This document shows, piece by piece, positions 17,394 to 27,228 of a stretch of 64,000 bases of DNA; the first letter of the stretch is position 1, and every line of letters begins with the position of its first letter. The notes beneath the pieces are model-generated. The model made no database searches. It was not told the DNA's origin and saw nothing but the letters and a program-made list of their open reading frames with translations. The position numbers and the translations under genes are program-made. Where the stretch lies: positions 186,001-250,000 of the IMG/VR virus record IMGVR_UViG_3300022602_000024. One strand, 5' to 3'.

Positions 17394-18119
17394 TTATCTT
17401 AGGGTAGTTTGCCCAATAACTGCACCAGGTTTTTGTAAAGCAGCATCACGTTGAGCTTTGTACGCCTCGTTGTCTACTGGCAACAAATTAATGGTAGTTA
17501 CACCACTAACCGAACTTTGTGGAGATGCTACTGGAGCGGCTAGAGCAGGCGTAGATGCTGGCTTATTAGCAGGATCAGCGGCAACCCTATCCAATTCTTC
17601 AAACGCTTCTGGCACACGTTTCTGTGCATCCTTGGTACCTTTGAGCACATTGGTAGTGCCAATTGGCAGGGCTACCAACGCATAAGTCCTGATACGATTG
17701 CCTTCGCTCACGTGACGCATTTCCACGGTTTCTACACCAGTAATGTCTATGTCTGGACAAATACTGCGAACAGTAAGTTCACTGTTTTCACTGCTGGCAC
17801 TGTCGTTATCGATCTTGGCCATTTTCATTTGGCTACGTACTTTGCCGCCGGCTGCAATACAAATCTTAGCATAAGCAATGGTCTTGGCCTTCATGTCTGC
17901 CATACCAAAATCACTGGATGTTGCAGTGCCATTTTCATAAACTGCATTAGGTGACTTAGGCAACCGGCTCATCCAATCAGGGGCTTTATCAACTGCGGAC
18001 TGCATGTTGCTGATTTGTTGAGTATAAACTGCTTGTTGGTTTTGTGCATAGTTTGTCTGTGCAGTACTACATGCACTCAGCAAAACTGCAATACCTGCTA
18101 CAACGGCTAACTTTTTCAT
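17394..18119 (-). CDS. Lipoprotein (LPP20-like)
   Basis: Lipobox LSA-C; APDW motif. Confidence 0.7.
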   Translation of the reverse strand: MKKLAVVAGIAVLLSACSTAQTNYAQNQQAVYTQQISNMQSAVDKAPDWMSRLPKSPNAVYENGTATSSDFGMADMKAKTIAYAKICIAAGGKVRSQMKMAKIDNDSASSENSELTVRSICPDIDITGVETVEMRHVSEGNRIRTYALVALPIGTTNVLKGTKDAQKRVPEAFEELDRVAADPANKPASTPALAAPVASPQSSVSGVTTINLLPVDNEAYKAQRDAALQKPGAVIGQTTLR

Positions 18120-18164
18120 GATCTACCTTTCGGTGTTAATTAAAAATACATTATACAACAATAA

Positions 18165-18728
18165 TCAAAACTTGTCAACCACAGACCATTTTGAGTCTGG
18201 TGTCGAGTCTATTTTGCAGATAACTCCTTGATAAGTTATCAGGTTATTGTCTCTTGAGGCCTGTTCTGTAAAATATCTACACCGTGTGCCTTTGTAGACG
18301 AAATAAGGTCTTTCCGCCGGCATAGTATGTAGATCAGTTTCACTTTCCCAAATTACGTCCCCGACCCGAACAGGATGAATTTGGATTTCCGGAGCATCAC
18401 TACAAACCATCTGCATATCTGCAGACATTTGAGTGGGCTCTACTTCAGCTAATACGTAGCCACGACCAATGTCACGGGCACGCATACAGGCCTCAGATTC
18501 TGTTTTGGCATTGGCTGACCCTTCAGCATTGTGCCATGAGTTACCAATGTAAACTCTATAACTAACTACACAATGACTGCCCACTGCATCCGGAGTCGCC
18601 ATACGTCGAAAGTCAGTGGGACCAGCCACAATGTTTTGCCGTGTCATGCGAATGTTGGAATGTAGGTAGCAATCTGCCGCTGCATTCAACGCCAACAAAC
18701 AAAGTCCAAATGTGGCAATCTTTTTCAT
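18165..18728 (-). CDS. Secreted Cys-rich hypothetical protein
   Basis: Signal peptide, multiple Cys. Confidence 0.65.
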   Translation of the reverse strand: MKKIATFGLCLLALNAAADCYLHSNIRMTRQNIVAGPTDFRRMATPDAVGSHCVVSYRVYIGNSWHNAEGSANAKTESEACMRARDIGRGYVLAEVEPTQMSADMQMVCSDAPEIQIHPVRVGDVIWESETDLHTMPAERPYFVYKGTRCRYFTEQASRDNNLITYQGVICKIDSTPDSKWSVVDKF

Positions 18729-19027
18729 TTCTTGTATCTATCCGGATTTGAACAATCAACTCTGAGTTCCCATATCAATGCTCGGAATCGTAAATTAATT
18801 AATCTGTACTTGTTGTCTAATGCTTCAGGTGGTACATTTAATACACCCCAATACATTTGTTGAAGTTCTAAATAATTTACAATTTGATCAATGTAAGGGC
18901 AACTGTCTGGACCATAATGTAAAGTTAAAAGTTGTTGGTATGATAATTTTGGGTATGTGACCAAAACCTGACTGTGCGCAGATATTAGTAATCCTAAACT
19001 TATCAATAACCCAACTACTGTTTTCAT
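18725..19027 (-). CDS. Secreted hypothetical protein
   Basis: Signal peptide, ATGA coupling. Confidence 0.55.
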   Translation of the reverse strand: MKTVVGLLISLGLLISAHSQVLVTYPKLSYQQLLTLHYGPDSCPYIDQIVNYLELQQMYWGVLNVPPEALDNKYRLINLRFRALIWELRVDCSNPDRYKK

Positions 19028-19182
19028 CGTGTTTTATGGAACATGGTTACAGATTTAACGGCAGCCTTGGCAGTTGATTCATCAACTCCGGCATTGCGTT
19101 GAACATAACGAACCGCATCGCGGGTGTTAAACTGCAATTGGAATACTGCTTGATTGGCCATGGTTTCAACTAATGCGTTCAT
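19024..19182 (-). CDS. 52-aa hypothetical protein
   Basis: Manually read MNALVETMANQAVFQLQFNTRDAVRYV...; overlaps neighbours by 4 nt. Confidence 0.6.
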   Translation of the reverse strand: MNALVETMANQAVFQLQFNTRDAVRYVQRNAGVDESTAKAAVKSVTMFHKTR

Positions 19183-19400
19183 TTTTTCCCCTTTGATTTG
19201 AACTCTTTGTTAACATAAAAACTCAACAACTTTTGATTAATGTAAGTAACCAAATCTGTATTAAGACCTTCTGCGGTAAACCTTACGGGACAACTGCCCC
19301 AGGTACCTCGTTTAAGGAACTCAAAATAATAACTTCTATGTTTAGGATCCGTTTCGTCAAACGAAATAACCGGACGAGATCTAAGATATAGCAAACTCAT
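19179..19400 (-). CDS. Hypothetical protein
   Basis: ORF with SD GGAG. Confidence 0.65.
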   Translation of the reverse strand: MSLLYLRSRPVISFDETDPKHRSYYFEFLKRGTWGSCPVRFTAEGLNTDLVTYINQKLLSFYVNKEFKSKGKK

Positions 19401-19429
19401 TGCTGACTCCAGTGGTTAAAAACTTTATT

Positions 19430-19612
19430 TTACTTGATATTTCTAATTCTGTTAATAACAGCATCAGCTTCTGGGGTGCCATAACATTCCATAACAATGT
19501 TATCTAACTCATCAGCAAATCCATCCAGTATAGAAGAAACAAATTCATCTACTGCTGATGCGTTTTGCTGGACCGGCAATTTAAAAGAATAAGAAAGAAT
19601 CTCTTTGTTCAT
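19430..19612 (-). CDS. Hypothetical protein
   Basis: ORF with SD AAGGAG. Confidence 0.55.
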   Translation of the reverse strand: MNKEILSYSFKLPVQQNASAVDEFVSSILDGFADELDNIVMECYGTPEADAVINRIRNIK

Positions 19613-19914
19613 AACATACTCCTTAAGTATTGTGCAATTTCCATACCAAACACAATCAATGCAGATGCTACCGCAGTCAACAAGATTGTGCCAACAAATA
19701 ACAAGACGGGAATTAAAGGATCTTGTTTCATGATTCTACCGGAGCAAAAAGATTTTCAAATCCAGCCATTACATCATAAAATGCACCTAGTTCAGTAAGA
19801 CTAAACTCATAGGTGTGTTCTTTAATATAAAAGAGTGTCTCTAACAAAGGCATTTGAAGTTGTTCTTGAATTGCCTGTATTGTGGTCATTGATTGTGAGT
19901 GCATAGTGATCTCC

Positions 19915-20181
19915 TTAAGCAGCGACAGATTGGTTACGTTTTTCGTCCATCATTTCAAACAAGATGAACTTGGCAATGTTTAAATTACAACGGATCAACT
20001 CGTCAGTAAATGGTGAACCAATTGTGGGATTCTTCATTGCAATCATTTCTTGGCAGTCTGACATGATGCCAGCAACAACCATTTCGAGTCCGGAACATTT
20101 TGCAGTGATACTATTCATGTATTGATCACGAATTTGTTGCTCAGTTAACCCACCGTACATTTTAGTTTCTGTTGACATCAT
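19915..20181 (-). CDS. Early hypothetical protein (true start MMSTETK)
   Basis: ORF-track N-terminus MVVQKFK... is the promoter cassette read through. Confidence 0.7.
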   Translation of the reverse strand: MMSTETKMYGGLTEQQIRDQYMNSITAKCSGLEMVVAGIMSDCQEMIAMKNPTIGSPFTDELIRCNLNIAKFILFEMMDEKRNQSVAA

Positions 20182-20182
20182 T

Positions 20183-20263
20183 AACTCCTTTTTGCTTAAC
20201 ATGCTGTTATTATACTCGATCTTGAATTTTTGGACAACCAAACTGTGTTGTTTTTTAGCAACA
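20183..20263 (-). promoter_or_regulatory. Early promoter/leader cassette copy 4
   Basis: TTGTCC-17-TATAAT; 60 bp identical to copy 5. Confidence 0.9.
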
Positions 20264-20270
20264 AGTGTGA

Positions 20271-20420
20271 TTATGCCACTACTTCCAAAATGACATCATC
20301 GTAGTTTTGTGCAATCCACTCTTTATAGACTGCTTTGGCCTGATTTAAATCATCGCCTTCATAATCAGCTACGCCGCCTACCCAAACAATAAATTTGCTG
20401 ACGTTATTTGCGTTTGACAT
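20271..20420 (-). CDS. Early hypothetical protein (true start MSNANN)
   Basis: SD AAGGAG of cassette copy 5. Confidence 0.65.
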   Translation of the reverse strand: MSNANNVSKFIVWVGGVADYEGDDLNQAKAVYKEWIAQNYDDVILEVVA

Positions 20421-20424
20421 ATTC

Positions 20425-20505
20425 AACTCCTTTTTGCTTAACATGCTGTTATTATACTCGATCTTGAATTTTTGGACAACCAAAAAGTGTTGTTTTTATG
20501 CAACA
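20425..20505 (-). promoter_or_regulatory. Early promoter/leader cassette copy 5
   Basis: 20425-20484 identical to 20183-20242. Confidence 0.9.
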
Positions 20506-20699
20506 AAATCAATTATGTACTCGCCTGCAACAGGACCATTGAGTTCAATTGAGCCATAAGTCAAATATAGTTCGTCGTATACTTCTTGCAGTTTTTCTTC
20601 TGAACATTCTACAAAAAGACTACCATTGTAGAAACAGGCCTTACGAGCTTCGCCTAAAATTGTTTCTACACGATTTAGTACTACAGTTTCGAATCCCAT
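20496..20699 (-). CDS. Early hypothetical protein
   Basis: ORF after cassette copy 6. Confidence 0.7.
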   Translation of the reverse strand: MGFETVVLNRVETILGEARKACFYNGSLFVECSEEKLQEVYDELYLTYGSIELNGPVAGEYIIDFVA

Positions 20700-20705
20700 T
20701 TAAGA

Positions 20706-20763
20706 CTCCTTTTTGCTGAACATGTATTGATTATACTGCATTTCGAATTATGGGTCAACCAAA
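20706..20763 (-). promoter_or_regulatory. Early promoter/leader cassette copy 6
   Basis: TTGACC-17-TATAAT, ATGTTCAGCAAAAAGGAG. Confidence 0.9.
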
Positions 20764-20765
20764 AG

Positions 20766-20790
20766 AAAACCCGCTAAAAAGCGGGTTGTT
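20766..20790 (-). terminator. Intrinsic terminator after phasin-like gene
   Basis: AACCCGC-N6-GCGGGTT followed by T-rich run on minus strand. Confidence 0.8.
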
Positions 20791-20818
20791 GCAGTATTAC
20801 AACGGTAATACTAAAGTA

Positions 20819-21061
20819 TTACTTTTTAGCGAATGCTTTAGTGTAGTCAAATTTACCAATTTCTTGGAAAGTTTTGGTAAATTCTTCTGCAAAAGTAGTA
20901 GCAGTTTCTGTACCAGTTTTGACAGCTTTTTTGGTATATTCCGTTTGTGCATCCACAAAGTCGTTCATTGCGGTGGCAATGGCTTTGTTGGTTACGAAAG
21001 TGTTTACAAACATTTTCTTACCTGTTTGGATTGTGTCAATGGTTGAATCTAATGCGAACAT
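20819..21061 (-). CDS. Phasin-like small amphipathic helical protein
   Basis: 80 aa, A/T/K/F-rich amphipathic helices; upstream TATTGC-N3-GCAACA palindrome. Confidence 0.45.
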   Translation of the reverse strand: MFALDSTIDTIQTGKKMFVNTFVTNKAIATAMNDFVDAQTEYTKKAVKTGTETATTFAEEFTKTFQEIGKFDYTKAFAKK

Positions 21062-21189
21062 AATATGTCTCCTTTAAAATTGTATTATACATTTATTTAT
21101 ATTGCGCTGCAACACAAAATCACAAAAATTTTAGTGAATGGTCACTAGATGTTAAATAACTGTATCCAATTAAACATAGGAGTTCAAAA

Positions 21190-21507
21190 ATGGAAATTAT
21201 CATCGCTATTGTTATCGTAGTTGCTTTTGTTGCAGTATGGTACAACCGTCGTTCGCCAGCAGCACCTGTTGTCGAAGCAGAAACATTTTCTGACAACGGT
21301 ATCAAGTTCACAGCCAAAGAAGAAGCACCCGCACCAGTTGTAGCACCTGCTGCTCCTGCACCTGTTGTGGCCGAAACAACACCTGCCAAGAAGCCACGTG
21401 CCAAAAAGCCTGCGGTAGTGGCAAAAACTGCTACCAATGCTAAGAAAGCATCAAGTGCCAAAAAAGCACCTGCTAAGAAACCAGCGAAAACTGCAAAAGC
21501 AAAATAA
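21190..21507 (+). CDS. Membrane-anchored protein with histone-H1-like K/A/P tail
   Basis: N-terminal TM helix; PAKKPRAKK repeats. Confidence 0.7.
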   Translation: MEIIIAIVIVVAFVAVWYNRRSPAAPVVEAETFSDNGIKFTAKEEAPAPVVAPAAPAPVVAETTPAKKPRAKKPAVVAKTATNAKKASSAKKAPAKKPAKTAKAK

Positions 21508-22658
21508 TGATTGTTGATCCCGCATTCGGAGTTTATGTAGACTCCGAAAGTGCTCGCTGGCACTTTAATCAGTTTGCGGTATTACAATTTAGATACGACT
21601 TATTTAATAGGACTATAGATGACTTTGTCACTACAGACCGTTATGTAAGTCGTATCGCCGCTTTTCACGTACCATTTCCCGCAGAGCACACTTGGCTGGA
21701 GCGAGTAGAAAGACTGTTGCCATTGTGCCGGCACATATTTGTATTTTGCAGTGAACTACATGATCGCACAGTAGAACAACTGCGTAGCCTGGATAGACCC
21801 AACATCAGCATTTACGCCTGCGGAGTATTTGCAGAGCCATTTCAACACGCAACACAGGGTGCTTGGATGGATTGGTTGCATACTAGTAGCGAGTTTTATG
21901 CACGAACAAAACCTGGCTTTTTAGATGACAAATTAACACCTTACAAGCCTAAATCTCTGTCGTTTGATGTCCTGTTGGGCAATCAACGCACGCATAGAGA
22001 TTTTGTATATAACTATGTAAACGATTACATAAAAGACCACGCCGTAATGACCTATGTGTATCATGCACATTTACCAATCATCAACAGTGATAAGTTTATT
22101 ATGGAAACAGACGGAGTAGAGTTTGATGCCAATAGATCCTATACTCATAGCATAGACTCTGTTCGATATTATGGACGATGGATGACATTAAGCCAAGTTA
22201 TACCCTTAAAGATATACAATCAAACTGCGTACACTATTGTAACTGAAACCAACTTTAGCAATGACTATAATTTTTACACAGAAAAAATAGTTAAACCCAT
22301 ATTGGCACGCAGACTGTTCATTGTGATTGCTGGACAGAACTATTTGCGAAATTTACGTGCATTTGGTTTTAGAACCTTTGATGGTATCATTGATGAAACA
22401 TACGATACCATTGCCAACAATGAACAACGGTGGGCTGCCGCTATGGAGCAAGCACGTTGGCTAACTACCCAAGATCAATCCGCAATATTAAGTCAAGTAC
22501 AAGAGATTGCAGAACATAATTATCGATTGATCACTGAAAAAAACTGGTATCGAGATTTCAATCAAGTACTAGAACAAGAAGTGCAGGTATTAGTCGATAA
22601 TACCGAAATTAGCCCATCTAGCATCACCAAGACTTACCCATCCCAACGGCCCACCTAA
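21507..22658 (+). CDS. Glycosyltransferase-like protein (GT10-like TEK motif)
   Basis: IVTETN...YTEKIVKPI...GFRTF...IDETYD; paralog of 27229..28443. Confidence 0.5.
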   Translation: MIVDPAFGVYVDSESARWHFNQFAVLQFRYDLFNRTIDDFVTTDRYVSRIAAFHVPFPAEHTWLERVERLLPLCRHIFVFCSELHDRTVEQLRSLDRPNISIYACGVFAEPFQHATQGAWMDWLHTSSEFYARTKPGFLDDKLTPYKPKSLSFDVLLGNQRTHRDFVYNYVNDYIKDHAVMTYVYHAHLPIINSDKFIMETDGVEFDANRSYTHSIDSVRYYGRWMTLSQVIPLKIYNQTAYTIVTETNFSNDYNFYTEKIVKPILARRLFIVIAGQNYLRNLRAFGFRTFDGIIDETYDTIANNEQRWAAAMEQARWLTTQDQSAILSQVQEIAEHNYRLITEKNWYRDFNQVLEQEVQVLVDNTEISPSSITKTYPSQRPT

Positions 22659-23849
22659 ACTGGGCATACTGTTGAACACAATAGCACCACGTGGTTGATT
22701 TGTGCTGGGAGGAGTATCACTAACTGATATCATAATCGATCCAATGCTTAATTGATTTACTGCGGTGGCACCATCAGGTGTCAGGGTAATGTTATTTTTA
22801 CCATTACTGCTGATAATTAACGACTGAGTACGCGGTGTACCTAGTACAGCAACATTAGTTGATTGTTTGCCGATTCCCACTTCAATTTCTTGATCCCATA
22901 TGCTCAGGGCCTGTGCTGGCTCAATAGTATTGATACCAACTCTACGTTGTGTTGTATACAAAGTATCACTTAATAGTGTTTCGCCCGACACTTGTAGTTC
23001 TTTTAGTTGTCCTACTTTTTGCAAGTTACTGTTGACAATAAACCCGCCTAGACTATTGCCATCAACAGCAACTTGTCCGCTAATGGTAATTTGATTTAAA
23101 TCTACGCCGTCGGTTTTAATTTTGGCAAGTGTATTGTTTAAAATGTCAGTTAGCATTGCAGTATCAGCACAAACTATTTTCTTTGCAGCAGAAACAACAT
23201 TTTGAAACAGGGGACTAGATTCGGGCATTGTTCCCGTAACATTCAAATCGCCCTCAATTGTAGCAGTGCCTTTGACTGTTAGGTCTTTAGTAAGCAGATT
23301 ATTTTCAACCACTGTGATATCATCAAATACACTTAGTTGGCAGGTAGTAGCTTTGTCATCAATACCGGTGCTGCCGAATTGCTGTATGATCCCACCTTCA
23401 ATTTGACTGCCCGACAATCGTAGTTCGGTTAAATCTAATGCAGTATGCTTGATACTACCATCAGGGAAAGTAACCGCTTGATTTTGCAATGCATTTACAA
23501 TGCTGGATTGAAACAATCCGTTAAAGTCAATCTGCCTTATTTGCGTATTAACTGAATCTTCAATCATTCGCAATGATTGTGCTTGAACTGTAGCAGATAA
23601 GTTTTGTGCAAGAGTATCAACTCTAGTGCTCAATTCAGTCTGTATAGAGGCAGCACTAATAGGTAACTTACTTAGATGTGCATCTATTTTTTGACTTAGC
23701 AGTGCAGTTAATACATCTGTGTAGTCCAGTGCACCCACAACTTCGTCAATCTTTTGTGTGATTGCTGCCATCGCTTGTGTTTGCACTTGCGATGTTATTG
23801 ATGTTACTATGCCTTGGACTATTGAATTTACGTGTGTGTCTATATCCAT
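22590..23849 (-). CDS. Putative structural/fibre-associated protein
   Basis: Helical N-terminus, beta-rich C-terminus with RVGINTIEP motif. Confidence 0.55.
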   Translation of the reverse strand: MDIDTHVNSIVQGIVTSITSQVQTQAMAAITQKIDEVVGALDYTDVLTALLSQKIDAHLSKLPISAASIQTELSTRVDTLAQNLSATVQAQSLRMIEDSVNTQIRQIDFNGLFQSSIVNALQNQAVTFPDGSIKHTALDLTELRLSGSQIEGGIIQQFGSTGIDDKATTCQLSVFDDITVVENNLLTKDLTVKGTATIEGDLNVTGTMPESSPLFQNVVSAAKKIVCADTAMLTDILNNTLAKIKTDGVDLNQITISGQVAVDGNSLGGFIVNSNLQKVGQLKELQVSGETLLSDTLYTTQRRVGINTIEPAQALSIWDQEIEVGIGKQSTNVAVLGTPRTQSLIISSNGKNNITLTPDGATAVNQLSIGSIMISVSDTPPSTNQPRGAIVFNSMPSLGGPLGWVSLGDARWANFGIID

Positions 23850-23851
23850 TT

Positions 23852-24586
23852 TTACTCGAATTGAATGCTCACTACATGTTCATAGTTCTTTTTAATGAGC
23901 GATTTATACATTAGGTTTTTATGAACTAAGAAGTTTACTGCTCCTGCGTCCATGCTAAACTTAGCTAATTGTTTGAAAAACATGGTTCTACGAGCAAATG
24001 CCCCGTAACTGACTGTACCCTTTGCTGGTTCATTAATTTCATAAACCATTGATGTCCAAAGTGTACGATCTTTAACGTCCCAGTTGTGACTTTCTACAAA
24101 CATACGTGTGTCTGTGCCATTGCGTACTGCAATAGGTTGACTAAAGTCACGGTCTTTGAAATCTTGATTTTTGTAGTCTCTAATGGTACTTATTACAAAG
24201 GCAGTTGCTAGACCGCAAATGTTGGCTATCTTGTTCTGCTGATCTAGGTCGCTGTCGGCAAATGTAAAATACTCATCCATTGCTACTACACAATCAAAAT
24301 GTTTTTTGTACTTGGCCAAATCTGCGGATGCAATGTATTGATATTTTACTTTTTGTGTATCTAAGAACGCTCTTGCAGCATCACTGATTTCTGTTACTGC
24401 GATTGTAGGAGCGCAGCAACTTAATATAGCAGGATTAAATCCCACAAACAAAACGCTTTGTGGTTCAAGATTCTCTGTGCGATATACACCGTCTAAGATT
24501 TCTTGTTTGCGTGCAACCACATCTGCAAACTTGGGATTAAATGTTAGCGCAGATAATACTGCATCAGTATAAGTTGTGAATGTCAT
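23852..24586 (-). CDS. Degenerate class I methyltransferase-fold protein (start MTFTTY)
   Basis: SVLFVGFN, FDCVVAMDEYFTF resemble MTase motifs I/IV without a canonical GxG. Confidence 0.45.
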   Translation of the reverse strand: MTFTTYTDAVLSALTFNPKFADVVARKQEILDGVYRTENLEPQSVLFVGFNPAILSCCAPTIAVTEISDAARAFLDTQKVKYQYIASADLAKYKKHFDCVVAMDEYFTFADSDLDQQNKIANICGLATAFVISTIRDYKNQDFKDRDFSQPIAVRNGTDTRMFVESHNWDVKDRTLWTSMVYEINEPAKGTVSYGAFARRTMFFKQLAKFSMDAGAVNFLVHKNLMYKSLIKKNYEHVVSIQFE

Positions 24587-24594
24587 AAAGTTAT

Positions 24595-25509
24595 TTATTG
24601 CTCGCGTATTAAATCCAATGTCACACAATGAAATCCACCTCCGAGTGTACGGCTATGACGTAATTCTAACGGGATAACTGTAAATTTATGTACTTCTAAA
24701 GTTCTTATTAAGTCTACCTGATTTCGATCAACAATAACAGTATACGGATCAACCACCAGCATGTTGAGTGCTATCCACTTGCTGGCATAAGGATATTGAT
24801 AAAAGTCCTGTGCCACAACATCTGTGACCCAAATCTTCTCCCAGGAATCAAATGCTCGTGGGCAGTTGCTTTCATTTACACGACTGGCGTTTAACATTAC
24901 TAATCCTTCACGTAAGGGCACAATGGTTGAATCAATATGCACACCAGCGTAGAAGTTACATAGTTCAATATTGACTTCGGGAAAGCGAGCCACTAACCAA
25001 TCATATGCGGCACGGTTACCTGATGCACTTTCTAAAAATAACCAAGTGTCATTTAACCTCAATATGTTGGCCGCATCTAACACCATGCCCTGTTCTCGAC
25101 GCATATGAATAATGCTCCGGGATTTGTTTAATATATGTATATAACTACCGTACTCTTGATCTCTGCAGGGATACATCATGGGAGTATCTACAATGGTAGA
25201 TCCATATACTAAAAATCTATCCCGAGGACAATAATTGTATAACCCGTCATGACGTTGAAAATCATAAGTTGCTGGTCGGTCCACTTTGACTCCCAACTGT
25301 CCCAATGTACCGCACAGTTGATTTAGGTCTTCATTTGTTTCATCAATGATATGTTGCGGAACAGGTCCCGACGGCAAAGGAGTTTCTTTCCATAGTGTAC
25401 GTTCTGCTTCAGATCTAAATACTTTATCCTGAGTAGGCCAATTTGCAAATGCGGCATCACCGACTACTACTCTTTTCAATGGATCCCATTCATTGTAACT
25501 TGATATCAT
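24595..25509 (-). CDS. Amidinotransferase (glycine/inosamine-phosphate amidinotransferase family)
   Basis: SYNEWDPLKRVVVG, NYCPRD, HIDST, GGGFHCVTLD. Confidence 0.9.
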   Translation of the reverse strand: MISSYNEWDPLKRVVVGDAAFANWPTQDKVFRSEAERTLWKETPLPSGPVPQHIIDETNEDLNQLCGTLGQLGVKVDRPATYDFQRHDGLYNYCPRDRFLVYGSTIVDTPMMYPCRDQEYGSYIHILNKSRSIIHMRREQGMVLDAANILRLNDTWLFLESASGNRAAYDWLVARFPEVNIELCNFYAGVHIDSTIVPLREGLVMLNASRVNESNCPRAFDSWEKIWVTDVVAQDFYQYPYASKWIALNMLVVDPYTVIVDRNQVDLIRTLEVHKFTVIPLELRHSRTLGGGFHCVTLDLIREQ

Positions 25510-26024
25510 TTGTGTCCCGTTATTTGAAGTGTGTATCTGGGAATCATCCCTATGTTGGCTGCCATGTGTGGAGTATCATATGCCCATTCAACAACATCTC
25601 CGGCACGCCAGTGTATGATAACATCGTGTGCTATTTCTAAGTAGTGTCCACTAGACCAATCTTCTAAAAAAACAATTGCACGACGAATGTGTTGTTCTTG
25701 TCCTTGCAAGTCAAACAACTGTACATATTTTTTATACAGGTCTCGGTGCATGGGCAGTATAGCACCAGCATCCATGCGATAGTAACTGGTACCAATGTTT
25801 TTCCAACGTTTAGCAGTGAACAATTTTACAAAACTATCATTCCAGCTGGGTTGGGGACTACGCATATCACACATATAGCCAGTGGCAACATTTTGATAAC
25901 CAATAGTTGCCCATTCTGCCAACTTTTTATCGTCATTGAATTGTTCTCGAATGTAAGTCAAACTCTTATACTCATCATTCCAGAAAGGATCAATGCGATA
26001 TCTTTTGTAGCCTTGTGTTTCCAT
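25506..26024 (-). CDS. 2OG-Fe(II) oxygenase / cupin-fold hydroxylase
   Basis: PMHRD ... PHMAAN.G...RYTLQITG (HxD...H, R). Confidence 0.75.
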   Translation of the reverse strand: METQGYKRYRIDPFWNDEYKSLTYIREQFNDDKKLAEWATIGYQNVATGYMCDMRSPQPSWNDSFVKLFTAKRWKNIGTSYYRMDAGAILPMHRDLYKKYVQLFDLQGQEQHIRRAIVFLEDWSSGHYLEIAHDVIIHWRAGDVVEWAYDTPHMAANIGMIPRYTLQITGHK

Positions 26025-27228
26025 AATGTATTACCTTAATATTTGTGTTGTCTGTAGCAAATGTGCGCCAAGGATCAATAACAACGCTACCGTCTTCTAG
26101 ATGACAATATAATTGTTGTTCTCCGTCAACTCCAGCGTATCCGTAAGTAACTTTTTTATTGTGCGCCAGCAACACAATACCTCGTACTGATGTTGGCACT
26201 GATGGTTCTGTTAGTGGGTCAATATAGTTAGGAGTTATTCCGACCTCATTGAGATAATATCCAACTAGTAAACTGTAACTACCTTCTGTGAATGCCACAT
26301 CCGGCTTGTAGGCTTTGCCATGAATATATACTGGCAATGCGTAAGAATTATGATAACGTATGATATACTCGGCCATGTTTCGGGCCTGCTGTTCTCTAGC
26401 CAGCATGATGGTATCAAACAAGTCATAGCCCAAGTCTAGATTTTCAGCAAGATAACGCAAAGCAATGTTATCACGTGGGTGGCAAGGCCCAGCATCTCCC
26501 ATACCGGCAGTCATATACTTTGGTCCCATGATACGCATGCTGGATTTAGCCAGGGCCGTGGTTACTACATCAACATCAATGTTGCCTTGTTTGATGGCCA
26601 CATCTTGTATCATGTTTGCAAGACCAATCTTGGCGCTGATAAAAGTATTATAGAATACTTTGATACATTCTGCTTCGTCCCAGGTACCAACTTCGTAGCG
26701 TGGATCATTTTGCATTATGGTTTGGTAGAATTCAATCAGTAGTTTAGCATCGCCCGTGGTTGAGCCATCTTCAGTTCCAATAATGACCATTTCGGGATTG
26801 ACCATGTCCCAGGCCACACTACCCATGGCAATCAAATAAGGATTGTAGATAAAACGTGCTTGGTCCAACAAGTGTACAAATTCTCTGCGTGTGGTCCCTG
26901 GCAGTACTGTGCTGATAAGCACAACCAATTGTTCTGGGCTAGCCCATTGGTTGATTTCTTGTAAAACTTTTTTTACTATGCTATAATCAAAGTCTCGATT
27001 AGGTAAATGAGTAATGGGTTGCTCGCCACCATACACAGGATCATGTGGTGTTTGTACCGCAACAAATATAATGTCTTTGCCTGCAACTGCACCTCTGAGG
27101 CTGTCAGAAATTGTAATCTTGTCGCTGGTTCTTGGGTAAATATCATATCCAGTGACTTCATGTTTCTCTGCCATTGCTTCCGCACACGGCAATCCTAGCT
27201 TTCCAATTCCGATAAATCCAATTTTCAC
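25990..27228 (-). CDS. ugd: UDP-glucose/GDP-mannose 6-dehydrogenase family
   Basis: GIGKLG Rossmann, K..YNTF, GDAGPCHPRD catalytic Cys; GTG start. Confidence 0.9.
   Translation of the reverse strand: MKIGFIGIGKLGLPCAEAMAEKHEVTGYDIYPRTSDKITISDSLRGAVAGKDIIFVAVQTPHDPVYGGEQPITHLPNRDFDYSIVKKVLQEINQWASPEQLVVLISTVLPGTTRREFVHLLDQARFIYNPYLIAMGSVAWDMVNPEMVIIGTEDGSTTGDAKLLIEFYQTIMQNDPRYEVGTWDEAECIKVFYNTFISAKIGLANMIQDVAIKQGNIDVDVVTTALAKSSMRIMGPKYMTAGMGDAGPCHPRDNIALRYLAENLDLGYDLFDTIMLAREQQARNMAEYIIRYHNSYALPVYIHGKAYKPDVAFTEGSYSLLVGYYLNEVGITPNYIDPLTEPSVPTSVRGIVLLAHNKKVTYGYAGVDGEQQLYCHLEDGSVVIDPWRTFATDNTNIKVIHYGNTRLQKISH

Noticed and set aside
19915-20483. Two paralogous proteins starting MVVQKFKIEYNNSMLSKKEL
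   Set aside because: The shared N-terminus is the promoter cassette translated in frame; true starts are at 20181 and 20420.
20183-20505. CRISPR array (60-bp identical repeats)
   Set aside because: The repeats are promoter/RBS cassettes separated by whole genes. No cas genes and no 25-45-nt spacer periodicity anywhere in the window.
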